A stretch of 64,000 bases of DNA. Source: an uncultured Burkholderiales bacterium. Lineage in GTDB: Bacteria; Pseudomonadota; Gammaproteobacteria; Burkholderiales; Burkholderiaceae_C. The translations under genes and the position numbers were made by a program. Under the pieces are notes generated by a model. That model made no database searches and was not told the DNA's origin. It saw only the letters and a program-made list of their open reading frames with translations. Shown piece by piece: positions 21,288 through 30,441 of the stretch; the stretch's first letter is position 1, and each line of letters starts with the position of its first letter. The stretch is from assembly GCA_903864315.1 (NCBI GenBank), contig CAIPFK010000100.1, forward strand, positions 7,728 to 71,727, written 5' to 3'.

Positions 21288-21890
21288 ATGAACACAATCC
21301 ATAAAATCATTTTGACATTTTTTGTCGCCAGCAGTGTCGCTGTGTGCCTTGCGCAAACGCCTTCGGGCGCGCCTCAGATCAGGCGCGTGGTGACCAGCGT
21401 TGACAGTGCCGGCAAAGCGGTGGTTCTTTTTGATGACAAGGTGGAGATGAGCTCACACAGGTCTCCCAATCCAGCGGGAGACATGTGGGTGACTCAGCAG
21501 TATCCATTGAATTTTTCGGACAAGGATGATTGGGCCAAGACCAAAGTGGGCGTGTCTCCGGGCAAGAATGGTACCTTGTTCAGAATTGTGGATTTTGTGC
21601 CGACCACCGAGAAAATTGAACGTTTGCCGCTGGACACCATGATGAAAGTTGTCGGCGACAACGTTCCCAAGCGTGGCATGGCCCCGCGACACTCAATGAT
21701 GCACAGAACCCGCACGCTTGACTACGCATTGGTCCTCTCGGGTGAGATTGACATGCTGCTCGATGACACTGAAGTTCACTTGAAAGAGGGTGATGTGGTG
21801 GTGCAGCAAGCGTCCAATCACGCCTGGGTCAACCGAGGAAGCAAAAACGCCCGCGTGGCCTTTATTTTGATGGACTCACAAGAGCCTTGA
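21288..21890 (+). CDS. Cupin domain protein with Sec-like signal peptide
   Basis: MNTIHKIILTFFVASSVAVCLA|Q; RRVVT, MHRTRTLDY, QQASNHAWVN. Confidence 0.85.
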   Translation: MNTIHKIILTFFVASSVAVCLAQTPSGAPQIRRVVTSVDSAGKAVVLFDDKVEMSSHRSPNPAGDMWVTQQYPLNFSDKDDWAKTKVGVSPGKNGTLFRIVDFVPTTEKIERLPLDTMMKVVGDNVPKRGMAPRHSMMHRTRTLDYALVLSGEIDMLLDDTEVHLKEGDVVVQQASNHAWVNRGSKNARVAFILMDSQEP

Positions 21891-21952
21891 TCAATTCAAG
21901 CCCTTCAACCAACGAGTCACCCCTTCACCATCTCTTCACCCGTTCATACACA

Positions 21953-22927
21953 ATGAAACTCACTTTGAAATTCGTCCTGGTCTTTGCCGTTTTATTGGGA
22001 CACGGCCTCTTGTTGGCGCAGAACTTTCCCAATCGCCCCATTCGATTGATTGTGCAATACCCAGCGGGTGGAGCGATTGATGTGCTGGCTCGCAATGTGG
22101 CGCAACGAGCGCAAAGTGAGTTCGCTCAAACCATTGTGGTGGACAACAAACCGGGTGCCAGTGGTTTCATTGCATTTGACGCTTGTGCGAAGGCTGCTGC
22201 GGACGGCTACACCTTGTGCTTGGGGACAGGGGAGGGGATGTCATTGAACCCCTTTATGTTCGCAAAAATGCCATACGATCCAGCCAAGGATTTTGTGGCC
22301 GTGGCCGATTTGGTCAGAATTTCAGGGGTGATCATTGCGTCGGCCAAAGCGCCTTATGACTCCATGGCCGAACTCATCAGTTACGCCAAAACCAATCCCA
22401 AGGCCATCAATTGGGCCAGTTTTGGAGTGGGGAGTAATCCTCACATTTACTTGAGTTGGATTGACCACCAAGCGAAAATTGAAATCACCCATGTGCCTTA
22501 CAAGGGGTCTACACAGACCATTCCCGCGTTGCTCTCAGGCGAGTCCGATGTCACGTATGTGGCACTTGGCTTTGTTCTGCCCTTGATCAAGTCTGGCAAA
22601 TTGAAAGCGCTCGCGGTCACAACACCCAAGCGCTTGGCGCAGTTGCCCAATGTGCCCACGTTGAATGAGTTGGGTTTGGACCCAGGAACGCAGGCGTGGG
22701 TGGGGATTTTTGCGCCCGCCAAGACCCCATCATCGGTGGTGGAGCAATTGAACCAGGCGTTCAGTAAAGCAATTCATGACCCAGCGCTCAATGAGACTTT
22801 TCTGTCCATTCAAGCCTTTGAGCCAGTGGTGAGCACACAAGAGGCCTTTGCCACATTCACCAAACAAGACCGACAGTTGGCCCAAAAAGTCATTCAAGCC
22901 ACCAATATCAGACTGGAGCCGCAATAA
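21953..22927 (+). CDS. Bug/TctC substrate-binding protein
   Basis: FPNRPIRLIVQYPAGG, NKPGASG, ADGYT, HVPYKG. Confidence 0.92.
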   Translation: MKLTLKFVLVFAVLLGHGLLLAQNFPNRPIRLIVQYPAGGAIDVLARNVAQRAQSEFAQTIVVDNKPGASGFIAFDACAKAAADGYTLCLGTGEGMSLNPFMFAKMPYDPAKDFVAVADLVRISGVIIASAKAPYDSMAELISYAKTNPKAINWASFGVGSNPHIYLSWIDHQAKIEITHVPYKGSTQTIPALLSGESDVTYVALGFVLPLIKSGKLKALAVTTPKRLAQLPNVPTLNELGLDPGTQAWVGIFAPAKTPSSVVEQLNQAFSKAIHDPALNETFLSIQAFEPVVSTQEAFATFTKQDRQLAQKVIQATNIRLEPQ

Positions 22928-22990
22928 AAACAACGATGCGCCCGTGTGCTTGCCTTCACCTGTTGCTCCTTGTGGCATTGACAGCGCAGG

Positions 22991-23953
22991 TTAGGACAGT
23001 CCCATTTGTTGGAGAACCAATTCCCCTAATACGCCGTAAGGGTTCGCCAATGTTTGAGGCATTTCAAAGTGGTTATAGCCTTGCCCGATCACAAACTCGA
23101 CGGGTTTGCCTGCGTCTTTCACGGCTTTGGCAAAATCACGGCTTTGTCGCTTGAACTCTGGTGTTTCCAAGGAGCCATGGGCCACAATGAGGGGGCTGCT
23201 CAATAGATCCAAATGCCTTTGTGAACTCAATGCTTCTTCCATCGCATTGGTGAATTTCACGTAAGCGCTGCGCGCAGACAGCCGAACAGGCTTGAGGTCA
23301 TACATACCGCTGCACAGCAAGCCGCCTTTGATGATGTTCATGGGCAGACCGTAAAGCCTTTGCCAATCGGTGGTGAGTGCCACACCAGCCAAATGTGCAC
23401 CTGAGGAGTGGCTGGAGAGGTAGATTTGATTGGGGTCGCCGTTGAAGCTTTTGGCATTCTTGTAGACCCAGGCAATGGAACGCTGCACTTGCTCGGCCAT
23501 GGGCATCAAGTCACCATTGGACTCCAAGACATTGATGAAGTCTGGAATCACACAGTGTGCACCTGCCTTGACAAATAGATCAGCGTTGTAGGCAAAATCC
23601 TTGGCCTTGCCCGCTCGCCATGCACCGCCGTGAATGAATATATTGATCGGGGCATTGAGTTTTTTGCTCAGAAACACATCGAGTTTTTCAACAGGGGTCG
23701 GGCCATACGAAAAGTTCTGAGGGTTTCCAAGTCGACGCCTCGTCAATTCGCTGTTGCTTGCGTATTGACTTTGTATGAGTTGAATATTGGGCGCGTAGAC
23801 ACTTTGATCGTAGGCTGCATCGAGTTCGGCTTGATCAAGGTCCAACCAAACAGCAGGCCCTTTGGGCTTGGCGGCAAGATTGGTCGTTTGTGCAAAGCTT
23901 GAAGCCACGAGCCCAGCCCCCATGGCCAAGAGGAGCGAACGTTTTGAAGTCAT
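22991..23953 (-). CDS. Alpha/beta hydrolase (arylformamidase-like), signal peptide
   Basis: HGGAW oxyanion motif, SHSSGAHL nucleophile elbow, NHFE; AAGGA RBS. Confidence 0.85.
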   Translation of the reverse strand: MTSKRSLLLAMGAGLVASSFAQTTNLAAKPKGPAVWLDLDQAELDAAYDQSVYAPNIQLIQSQYASNSELTRRRLGNPQNFSYGPTPVEKLDVFLSKKLNAPINIFIHGGAWRAGKAKDFAYNADLFVKAGAHCVIPDFINVLESNGDLMPMAEQVQRSIAWVYKNAKSFNGDPNQIYLSSHSSGAHLAGVALTTDWQRLYGLPMNIIKGGLLCSGMYDLKPVRLSARSAYVKFTNAMEEALSSQRHLDLLSSPLIVAHGSLETPEFKRQSRDFAKAVKDAGKPVEFVIGQGYNHFEMPQTLANPYGVLGELVLQQMGLS

Positions 23954-24088
23954 GTGATTCCTTTTGTGCAATGGTGTCTTTGAATGCAGCAGCCTGGTCA
24001 TTTCAAGAAGTCAATCAATGTCTTGAACTCAATTGGATCCTTGATGTTTCAAACCATGACCCATTAGAACACACCCGTTGAGATGTCC

Positions 24089-24607
24089 TCATCCATGGAT
24101 GACTGAAACTCTTTGTGGCATGGTGATGTGAAAATTGGTGGGGGTTTGTGCACTCCAGTCGAGGGTGTGGGTGCGCGCACAGATCTTCCAGCCCTGGGGT
24201 GTTTTTCGCAGTCTGTCCAAGTACCTTAAACTGCGCATTGTGACCGTGTTTGTTCCATGCTCATCGGTCACAATGTAGGCAATTGCATTCGTCTCGGTTT
24301 GAGCCAGATTGTCTTCAAGGCTGAGAAGACTAAAGTTGCCCATGAAGTGGGTCGTGATTTTCCACTCACCGCTTTGGTGTCGATCGAAGGTGACGAGTGA
24401 ATTCATCAAAGCATCAATGCCAACGCGTGCAGAGCTATCGCCGCTTCTCATGCTGGAGCGTCCATCATAATGAGACACCACATCGTCGGTGAAACAGTCT
24501 TTGACCTGGGCTCGGTCTGAGCGATCGAGTCCTTGAAAATAACGGGCTAAAACCTCTTTGATATCGTCTTTGGCAATCAGGTAGGCCAAGTCTTTTGGTG
24601 TTGTCAT
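24089..24607 (-). CDS. SnoaL/NTF2-like family protein
   Basis: IKEVLARYFQGLDR, CFTDD, TTHFMGN, RYLDRL...WKI. Confidence 0.82.
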   Translation of the reverse strand: MTTPKDLAYLIAKDDIKEVLARYFQGLDRSDRAQVKDCFTDDVVSHYDGRSSMRSGDSSARVGIDALMNSLVTFDRHQSGEWKITTHFMGNFSLLSLEDNLAQTETNAIAYIVTDEHGTNTVTMRSLRYLDRLRKTPQGWKICARTHTLDWSAQTPTNFHITMPQRVSVIHG

Positions 24608-24711
24608 GGAGTTTTGTGGGAGTGTGGTGCTATATCATTCATTCAAGCCGTGAAATGTGCGAGATGAACTGAAATGGAAGGCTGGGTTTTGAGAACTCTG
24701 GTTTGAATTGT

Positions 24712-25683
24712 TCAGTCCAGTGTGATTTTGGTGATTTTGGAGAGTTTTTTCACCTTCTCAATTTCTGCCTTCAAAAAGCTTCCAAATGCAATGGGGTCAT
24801 TGGCAACGACATCGGTGCCTTCATCGGCCAAGCGTTTTTTGACCTCGGGCAATGCCATTACTCTGGCGATGTCGGCTTGCATGGCATTGATCAATGTCTG
24901 TGGTGTGCCTGCTCGGGCCACCAGTCCATACCAGGTCATGGCTTCAAACCCTGGTAGTGCGCTTTCATTGACGCTGGGGAGATCGGGCATGATGGCCGTG
25001 CGTTTTGAACCCGTGAACGCCAAAGGCCTGAGTTTGCCCGATTTTACGTAAGGCAACACTGTGAGCAAGTCACCGAACCCAACTTGAACATGTCCACCCA
25101 GTAAATCAATGGCTGCAGGGGCTGAGCCTTTGTAGGGTACATGGATCATGTCAATCTTGGCCATGCTTTTAAAGAGCTCTCCGGCCAAATGCTGAGGACC
25201 TCCATTGCCTGAGCTGCCATACGCCAATTGACCCTCGTGAGTTTTCGCGTATTCGATGAGCTCTTGCGGGGTGTGTACGGCAAGGTTAGGATGGACCAAC
25301 AGCAATAGTGGTGCTGTGGCCACCAGGCTGACCGGTGCAAAGTCCTTCAACGCATCGTAGGGCAAGTTGTTGATCAGGGCTGCATTGGTGGTGAAGGGAG
25401 GCGCGACCATCAAAAAGGTGTAGCCGTCAGGGGCACTTTTGGCAACCACATCGGTGCCACTGATAGACCCCGAGCCCGGACGGTTTTCAACCACAATCCG
25501 TTGATTCCAAGCGAGTTTCTCAGCCAAGAGCCTTGTGGTGATGTCGACGCCACCACCGGCAGTGAAGGGCACGATGAATTTGATCGGGCGGTTGGGATAC
25601 TCCTCACCCATGCAAATAAATGTCAGGGTCCAAGTCATCCAAAATAAGAGCAGTTGAATTGCGTGTCTGTATAGATGAGTCAT
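24712..25683 (-). CDS. Bug/TctC substrate-binding protein
   Basis: YPNRPIKFIVPFTAGGGVD, PDGYT, HVPYKG. Confidence 0.92.
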   Translation of the reverse strand: MTHLYRHAIQLLLFWMTWTLTFICMGEEYPNRPIKFIVPFTAGGGVDITTRLLAEKLAWNQRIVVENRPGSGSISGTDVVAKSAPDGYTFLMVAPPFTTNAALINNLPYDALKDFAPVSLVATAPLLLLVHPNLAVHTPQELIEYAKTHEGQLAYGSSGNGGPQHLAGELFKSMAKIDMIHVPYKGSAPAAIDLLGGHVQVGFGDLLTVLPYVKSGKLRPLAFTGSKRTAIMPDLPSVNESALPGFEAMTWYGLVARAGTPQTLINAMQADIARVMALPEVKKRLADEGTDVVANDPIAFGSFLKAEIEKVKKLSKITKITLD

Positions 25684-26107
25684 GATTAGAGTCGTCAACG
25701 TCAAGATGGCGATTGGATTGGGTTGAGCAGGTGAGCTCCTAAGGTGAAGTACCTGAGCCTACACTGTTCAAGCTCATTTGACCCTTGGATGAAATACCTA
25801 GATTTTGACGAGCTCTAGGGTGTTATTTAATATGCCCCCATGGTTGGTCGAATATTGGGGCTTGACTTTAGGACTTGGCCGTGAAATATAGAGTGATGAA
25901 AAAGAGTAATCAATCATTATTGAGAGCTAAATTTATTGCTTCGTGCTTCGAATCGGATGATTGCAAAATCTTGAAAGTCACTTCAATTAACAAATCTCAC
26001 ATGGCTATCATTGTGACCTCGACATCACCAAAGGAGATGGGCTTTGGGATGATGTGGGCGTCCTTGTCGATGGGGTTCAAGCGAAGGGCTTGCCCCAATC
26101 ACTGGGG

Positions 26108-27100
26108 TCACAATTGGCACAAGATTCGCATGCGCAGATTGATTTCTTCTTGCGGAAGTTCTAGAAAAACGATTTTTTCTTGATGAGAAATCCAATTGAG
26201 TTGAATCATCAAATTGATGATCTCCTCTTTGGAGATATTTTTGTCTGCATCAGGATCAATGAAGAAATTTTTCATGATCGATTTGCCAACAATATTGATC
26301 AATACACCGAAGAGGATCAATCCTAAAAAGTAAGTGACGCCCGCTATTATCTTCCCACCCAATGTCACCGGGAAAGACTCACTATTGCCCGTGACTGCCA
26401 AAAAACTCCACCACGCAGCTTGTGGAATGGAGGTGAAAAACCGTTTATCTTCTGGAATTTCATTGCCAGTCAATGGATCTCGTGGCATGAAGACGGGTGA
26501 GGGTGTTTTAACGTCTGAGTCCGTATTTTGTAAATTGGTCAATACATCAAGTTTGTGTTGCCCCTCTTGCAAGACATCTTCGGTATAGCACCCACCTTCG
26601 ACGTAGTACATCAAGGTAGAGCTTGTCATGATGACCAAAAAAAAGCAGGTGAAATAGATTTTTAGATTGGTCTTGATGGGGTCGGTTAGGGCCGTTTGTG
26701 ATTTGGAGGTTTCAATGGCCAAATGGAGCATCTTGAAGATTCGCATCATTTTGGCGACTTGTAGAGTGCGCATCAATTTGACGCCCTGAAATCCAGTGAG
26801 ACTTGCAATTTGCAAGAATGTGGGAAGGATGGCGAGTAAATCAATCAAACCCCAAATGCTAAAAATGTATTTGATTCGATTTCTCGCGATGATGATGTTT
26901 CCCAAGTAATCCAGGGTGAAAAAACCAACAGCGATGTATTCGAGTATCTTTAATTGGGATTCAAACCTGGTAGTAATTGATCTGTCGGTTTCAATGGCGA
27001 CCTCAATGCAAGAAACAAAAATGATGAAATTAATAAGCAATTTCCAGAATTTAAATTCTGCGGAATTTTTATCTCTAAAAGTATTAGAAATGAAATTCAT
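26108..27100 (-). CDS. 6TM voltage-gated-type ion channel (ion transporter family) with non-canonical filter
   Basis: FFTLDY (S2), GLIDLLAILP (S3), basic S4 KLMRTLQVAKMMRIFK, pore helix FTSIPQAAWW, PVTLGGK; TVGYGD absent. Confidence 0.85.
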   Translation of the reverse strand: MNFISNTFRDKNSAEFKFWKLLINFIIFVSCIEVAIETDRSITTRFESQLKILEYIAVGFFTLDYLGNIIIARNRIKYIFSIWGLIDLLAILPTFLQIASLTGFQGVKLMRTLQVAKMMRIFKMLHLAIETSKSQTALTDPIKTNLKIYFTCFFLVIMTSSTLMYYVEGGCYTEDVLQEGQHKLDVLTNLQNTDSDVKTPSPVFMPRDPLTGNEIPEDKRFFTSIPQAAWWSFLAVTGNSESFPVTLGGKIIAGVTYFLGLILFGVLINIVGKSIMKNFFIDPDADKNISKEEIINLMIQLNWISHQEKIVFLELPQEEINLRMRILCQL

Positions 27101-27115
27101 GAGGTTCTCTAAAAG

Positions 27116-30007
27116 CTATCCAAAAAACGTCAACAAGACGTCTTGAGTTTTAAAAATATATTCTTGAAATTCAATGCTCAAAGGTGCTTCTAGCTGTTTC
27201 CAAGAGCATTGAACCAAGTCGCATCCCACTGGGGTAAACCCAGTCACCAACGCCAAGGATGTGGTGACGCCCACGAAGCGAACTGTGTTGATGACATGAT
27301 GCCGGATCGAGGACGTCCTTGCAATCACGGGTGGCAGTGGTGCGATTGGGTTTGAAGCGTTACTCAAAGCAACGAGATTCGATAAAGTCGATGCTGTTCC
27401 TGCAAAAGAGGTGTTCGCAGTTGCAGAAGTTGGCACTGGTGCAGCGGCCAACGCCTGTGCAGGAGTGGGGGCTAGGGTGGGGGCTAGCGTTGATGCTGTA
27501 TCGGCGGTAATGGCGGAGGCTGAAGCGGTCGATGAGGTAACCTGGTTTGGTGGGTTGCTTTGTTTCTTGGCAAGCGCTAAAGAATTCTTGGCAATGGTCA
27601 GCACTGCCGCATGGTCATTTTCCGATGCCTGCAGAGGTTTGCTGGCTTCAAGCACAATGGTATTGTCTGGTTTGTTGGTATCGACCTCTAATCGTTGAGT
27701 ATTTTCAGATTCTTTGACTGCTTCAAGGCTGACCTTGTTGTTGGGCAGTGCTTTTTGGGTGATCGTTGTTTGCTCAATCATTGGATTGGCAACTTCAATC
27801 GCAATGGCGTTGGGCTCCTCAACTTTTGGAGGGAGGGCAGAGATGTTGCTGCGAGGCTTATCTTTGAATTTGGGCGCTTGTTTTTTCGCGATCACCACAT
27901 CGTCGATTGTGATTTCCTTCGAGCCTTGTTGCAACAGTTTTAACTTTTCATGAAGTTCATCCAAATCATTGTTGATTTTGAACATTCGGTTGACATTCTC
28001 AGCGCTGGTGATGTTGTTGATGGATTCAATGAGTTGGGCTTTTTTATCAAATGTGCTTTCAACAGTTTGATTGAAATCAATTTTCACCACGTTAGCATCT
28101 TTACCATCTGTGGTTAACGCAATATTACGATCTTTAAGGGATGCCGTTTCAATTTTTTCTGAACGATCTGCTATATTTTCTTTTGAAATTGTTGGATTGA
28201 CATTTGTCTGTGGACTGTCAGTAAGAGTTTGTAAGTTCTCACCGATGGTTTGTTCTGGCCCCAATTTTTTGAAATTGTCAAGGTCATCGTCGGTTGCGAT
28301 GGTGATGCCCGTAGATGAGTTGTTCCTCGGGTCAATCAAGAGATTTGATACAGGGGACTTGCTGCGTTCTATGTTTTGAAGATTCTCAGTTGCAACATCA
28401 AGATTGATGGATTGGGTATTGGCTTCATCACCTCCCGAATCAATGCGTTGATTGTTCTGAGCAGTTTTTGAACTTTCCAGCGCTTGAATATTCACGCCTT
28501 CATTCGCGGTGCTGAGTTGCTGTAAATTTTCAGTTTCGCCGCCAGCATCAACGCGTTGTTTGTTTTGAGCGTTTTTTGCACTTTCTAGCGCTTGAATATT
28601 GATGCCTTCAGCCGAAGTGACAAGCTGCTGTAAATTTTCACTGTCCTCGCCAGAACCAATGGTTTGTTTGTTTTGCGCGGTCTTTGAACTTTCCAACGCT
28701 TGAATGTTGGCGCCTTCAGTGGATGCGCCAACTTGCTGAACATTCTCACTTTCACGCCCAGACGCAATGTTTTGAAGATTTTCTTTTGAATCTGAGCCAG
28801 CTATTTTTTGAGTATTGTCTTCCTTGGATTTAGAGCTAATTTTTGCAATATTGGGATCATCAACATTTCCATTTCCAAAATTTGCATCTTTGCTCTTCAT
28901 TTCGTTAGAGAAGACCGGACCTGTGGGCGATGATAATATTGTGTTGTTCTGAATGGTGGCAATATTTTCAGAATTTTTTAAGGCCTCTTTTGCTTTTTCA
29001 ATATTTTCATCCATCGTTCTTTTGATCATTTGTCCGTCTTGATCATCGGTGATGGTGTTATTGAAGATTACTTTTTCACCTTTAGCATTGGTCGTGACAT
29101 TGGATTGACCCTCCTCATCACCCTTGATGATTTGGTTCTTGAAAAGATTCCCCTTTGCCTTGTCCGCGGATTTGAGCGCATGTAGAGGATTGGTGTTTTT
29201 GGCTTTGATTAAATCAAAATACGGCTTGAATGAAATTTCGGTGATACTGAATTTATTCAACACGGCATTTAAAAGGCTCATCTCTTCTTCAGCCGCCGAG
29301 CCATCGGACATCATGGAATCACAGAAATTGGTTGCAATGTATAGTTTTTGCGTATCGTTAAGTGATGATGATACTGAGGTGATATAGTCTTCAAACTTGA
29401 TTCTGGTGACTTGGGCCGCACAATAGTCTTGTAGACCTTCGTATTTGCCAATGATTGACGATATTTGACCAATTTCTTGGCTACTGACTGAGCCATCCGC
29501 AGACATCATGTAGATCAGCAATGTCCCTAAAACCATATGGGGAGTTTGCTTTTCAATACTCAGGTCTTGTGCTTTGTATTCTCCAAGCAAAGATTTGTTA
29601 TTCTTTAATTCAATGAGTTCAGTGTAGGGCTTGAAAAATTTCTCAGTCAAACCAAATCCCAATAAAAGCTTAGCGAATAATTTTGTCTCTCCCTTTTCCA
29701 TTAGACCATCGGAAAGCATGCAGTCGTAAACGTTGAGGAGTACAAATAATTTACTGGGTTTGTCTAAAAATTCGTTTGCTTGCCTGATGAAAGTGTCAAC
29801 TTTGTTATTCTTGATATACGCACGTGCACGTTGAATAACTTGGTCGTCTTCGCCAATGGATTGCTGTAATATGGATATTTCTTCATGCGAAATCGAACCA
29901 TCACTCGACATCATGTACAGCAATGCGGCAACCACGACCATATCAGGCGTCAAGGACATTGCTGTACCCTGTGCAGTTGATGCGTTATTGACAGACGATG
30001 AAGCCAT
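27116..30007 (-). CDS. Tandem TerB-domain protein with 12-aa N-x-Q repeats and Ala/Pro/Thr-rich tail
   Basis: Two ~120-aa units, each with YMMSxDG..E and D(C/S)M(L/M)SDG..E; repeat region; hydrophobic stretch near C-terminus. Confidence 0.8.
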   Translation of the reverse strand: MASSSVNNASTAQGTAMSLTPDMVVVAALLYMMSSDGSISHEEISILQQSIGEDDQVIQRARAYIKNNKVDTFIRQANEFLDKPSKLFVLLNVYDCMLSDGLMEKGETKLFAKLLLGFGLTEKFFKPYTELIELKNNKSLLGEYKAQDLSIEKQTPHMVLGTLLIYMMSADGSVSSQEIGQISSIIGKYEGLQDYCAAQVTRIKFEDYITSVSSSLNDTQKLYIATNFCDSMMSDGSAAEEEMSLLNAVLNKFSITEISFKPYFDLIKAKNTNPLHALKSADKAKGNLFKNQIIKGDEEGQSNVTTNAKGEKVIFNNTITDDQDGQMIKRTMDENIEKAKEALKNSENIATIQNNTILSSPTGPVFSNEMKSKDANFGNGNVDDPNIAKISSKSKEDNTQKIAGSDSKENLQNIASGRESENVQQVGASTEGANIQALESSKTAQNKQTIGSGEDSENLQQLVTSAEGINIQALESAKNAQNKQRVDAGGETENLQQLSTANEGVNIQALESSKTAQNNQRIDSGGDEANTQSINLDVATENLQNIERSKSPVSNLLIDPRNNSSTGITIATDDDLDNFKKLGPEQTIGENLQTLTDSPQTNVNPTISKENIADRSEKIETASLKDRNIALTTDGKDANVVKIDFNQTVESTFDKKAQLIESINNITSAENVNRMFKINNDLDELHEKLKLLQQGSKEITIDDVVIAKKQAPKFKDKPRSNISALPPKVEEPNAIAIEVANPMIEQTTITQKALPNNKVSLEAVKESENTQRLEVDTNKPDNTIVLEASKPLQASENDHAAVLTIAKNSLALAKKQSNPPNQVTSSTASASAITADTASTLAPTLAPTPAQALAAAPVPTSATANTSFAGTASTLSNLVALSNASNPIAPLPPVIARTSSIRHHVINTVRFVGVTTSLALVTGFTPVGCDLVQCSWKQLEAPLSIEFQEYIFKTQDVLLTFFG
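28424..28747 (-). repeat. 108-bp (36-aa) intragenic tandem repeat x3
   Basis: Units start at 28747, 28639, 28531: ENVQQVGASTEGANIQALESSKTAQNKQTIGSGEDS / ENLQQLVTSAEGINIQALESAKNAQNKQRVDAGGET / ENLQQLSTANEGVNIQALESSKTAQNNQRIDSGGDE. Confidence 0.9.
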
Positions 30008-30441
30008 GATGAAAGTACTTGCAAACCTTGAAAATATCTAAATGAGTTGCCTGTTCTTCACTTTAAGATGTGTTTTTTGACGCGTTTTTAGCGATCCCAA
30101 CCCCACTGATTTTTAATGAATATATATTGATGTCATTCACTTTCACCCATGAAAAATCTATAAAGCCCACGATTCCTCACGGTATTTTTATTTGGATCAA
30201 TTTCTGTCTTTCTCACGAATAATCATGAATACTCTCAAATACTCACAAAGTGATTGATTGACTGATGAATCGCATGCAGTTCGATGAATTTTTTATTGTT
30301 GAATGCCATTTTTTCGATACAAGCCCTGACGGTAGGCCCGATATTTGCTTATATTTCACACAAAAACACATGGTTTCAAGGGGCTCGATGCTATAAAATA
30401 AAAAAAAGTAATAGAAGTAAATTGATAGATATCCAATTAAA

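Noticed and set aside
25875-26183. 102-aa + strand ORF at the island edge
   Set aside because: TTG start, overlaps the channel 3' end, no recognisable motif
28424-28747. Regular repeats as a possible CRISPR array
   Set aside because: In-frame degenerate coding repeats, no unique spacers, no cas genes
30160-30250. CTCAC-like short direct repeats in the terB/kinase divergent promoter as OmpR-type sites
   Set aside because: Irregular spacing and too short to distinguish from chance
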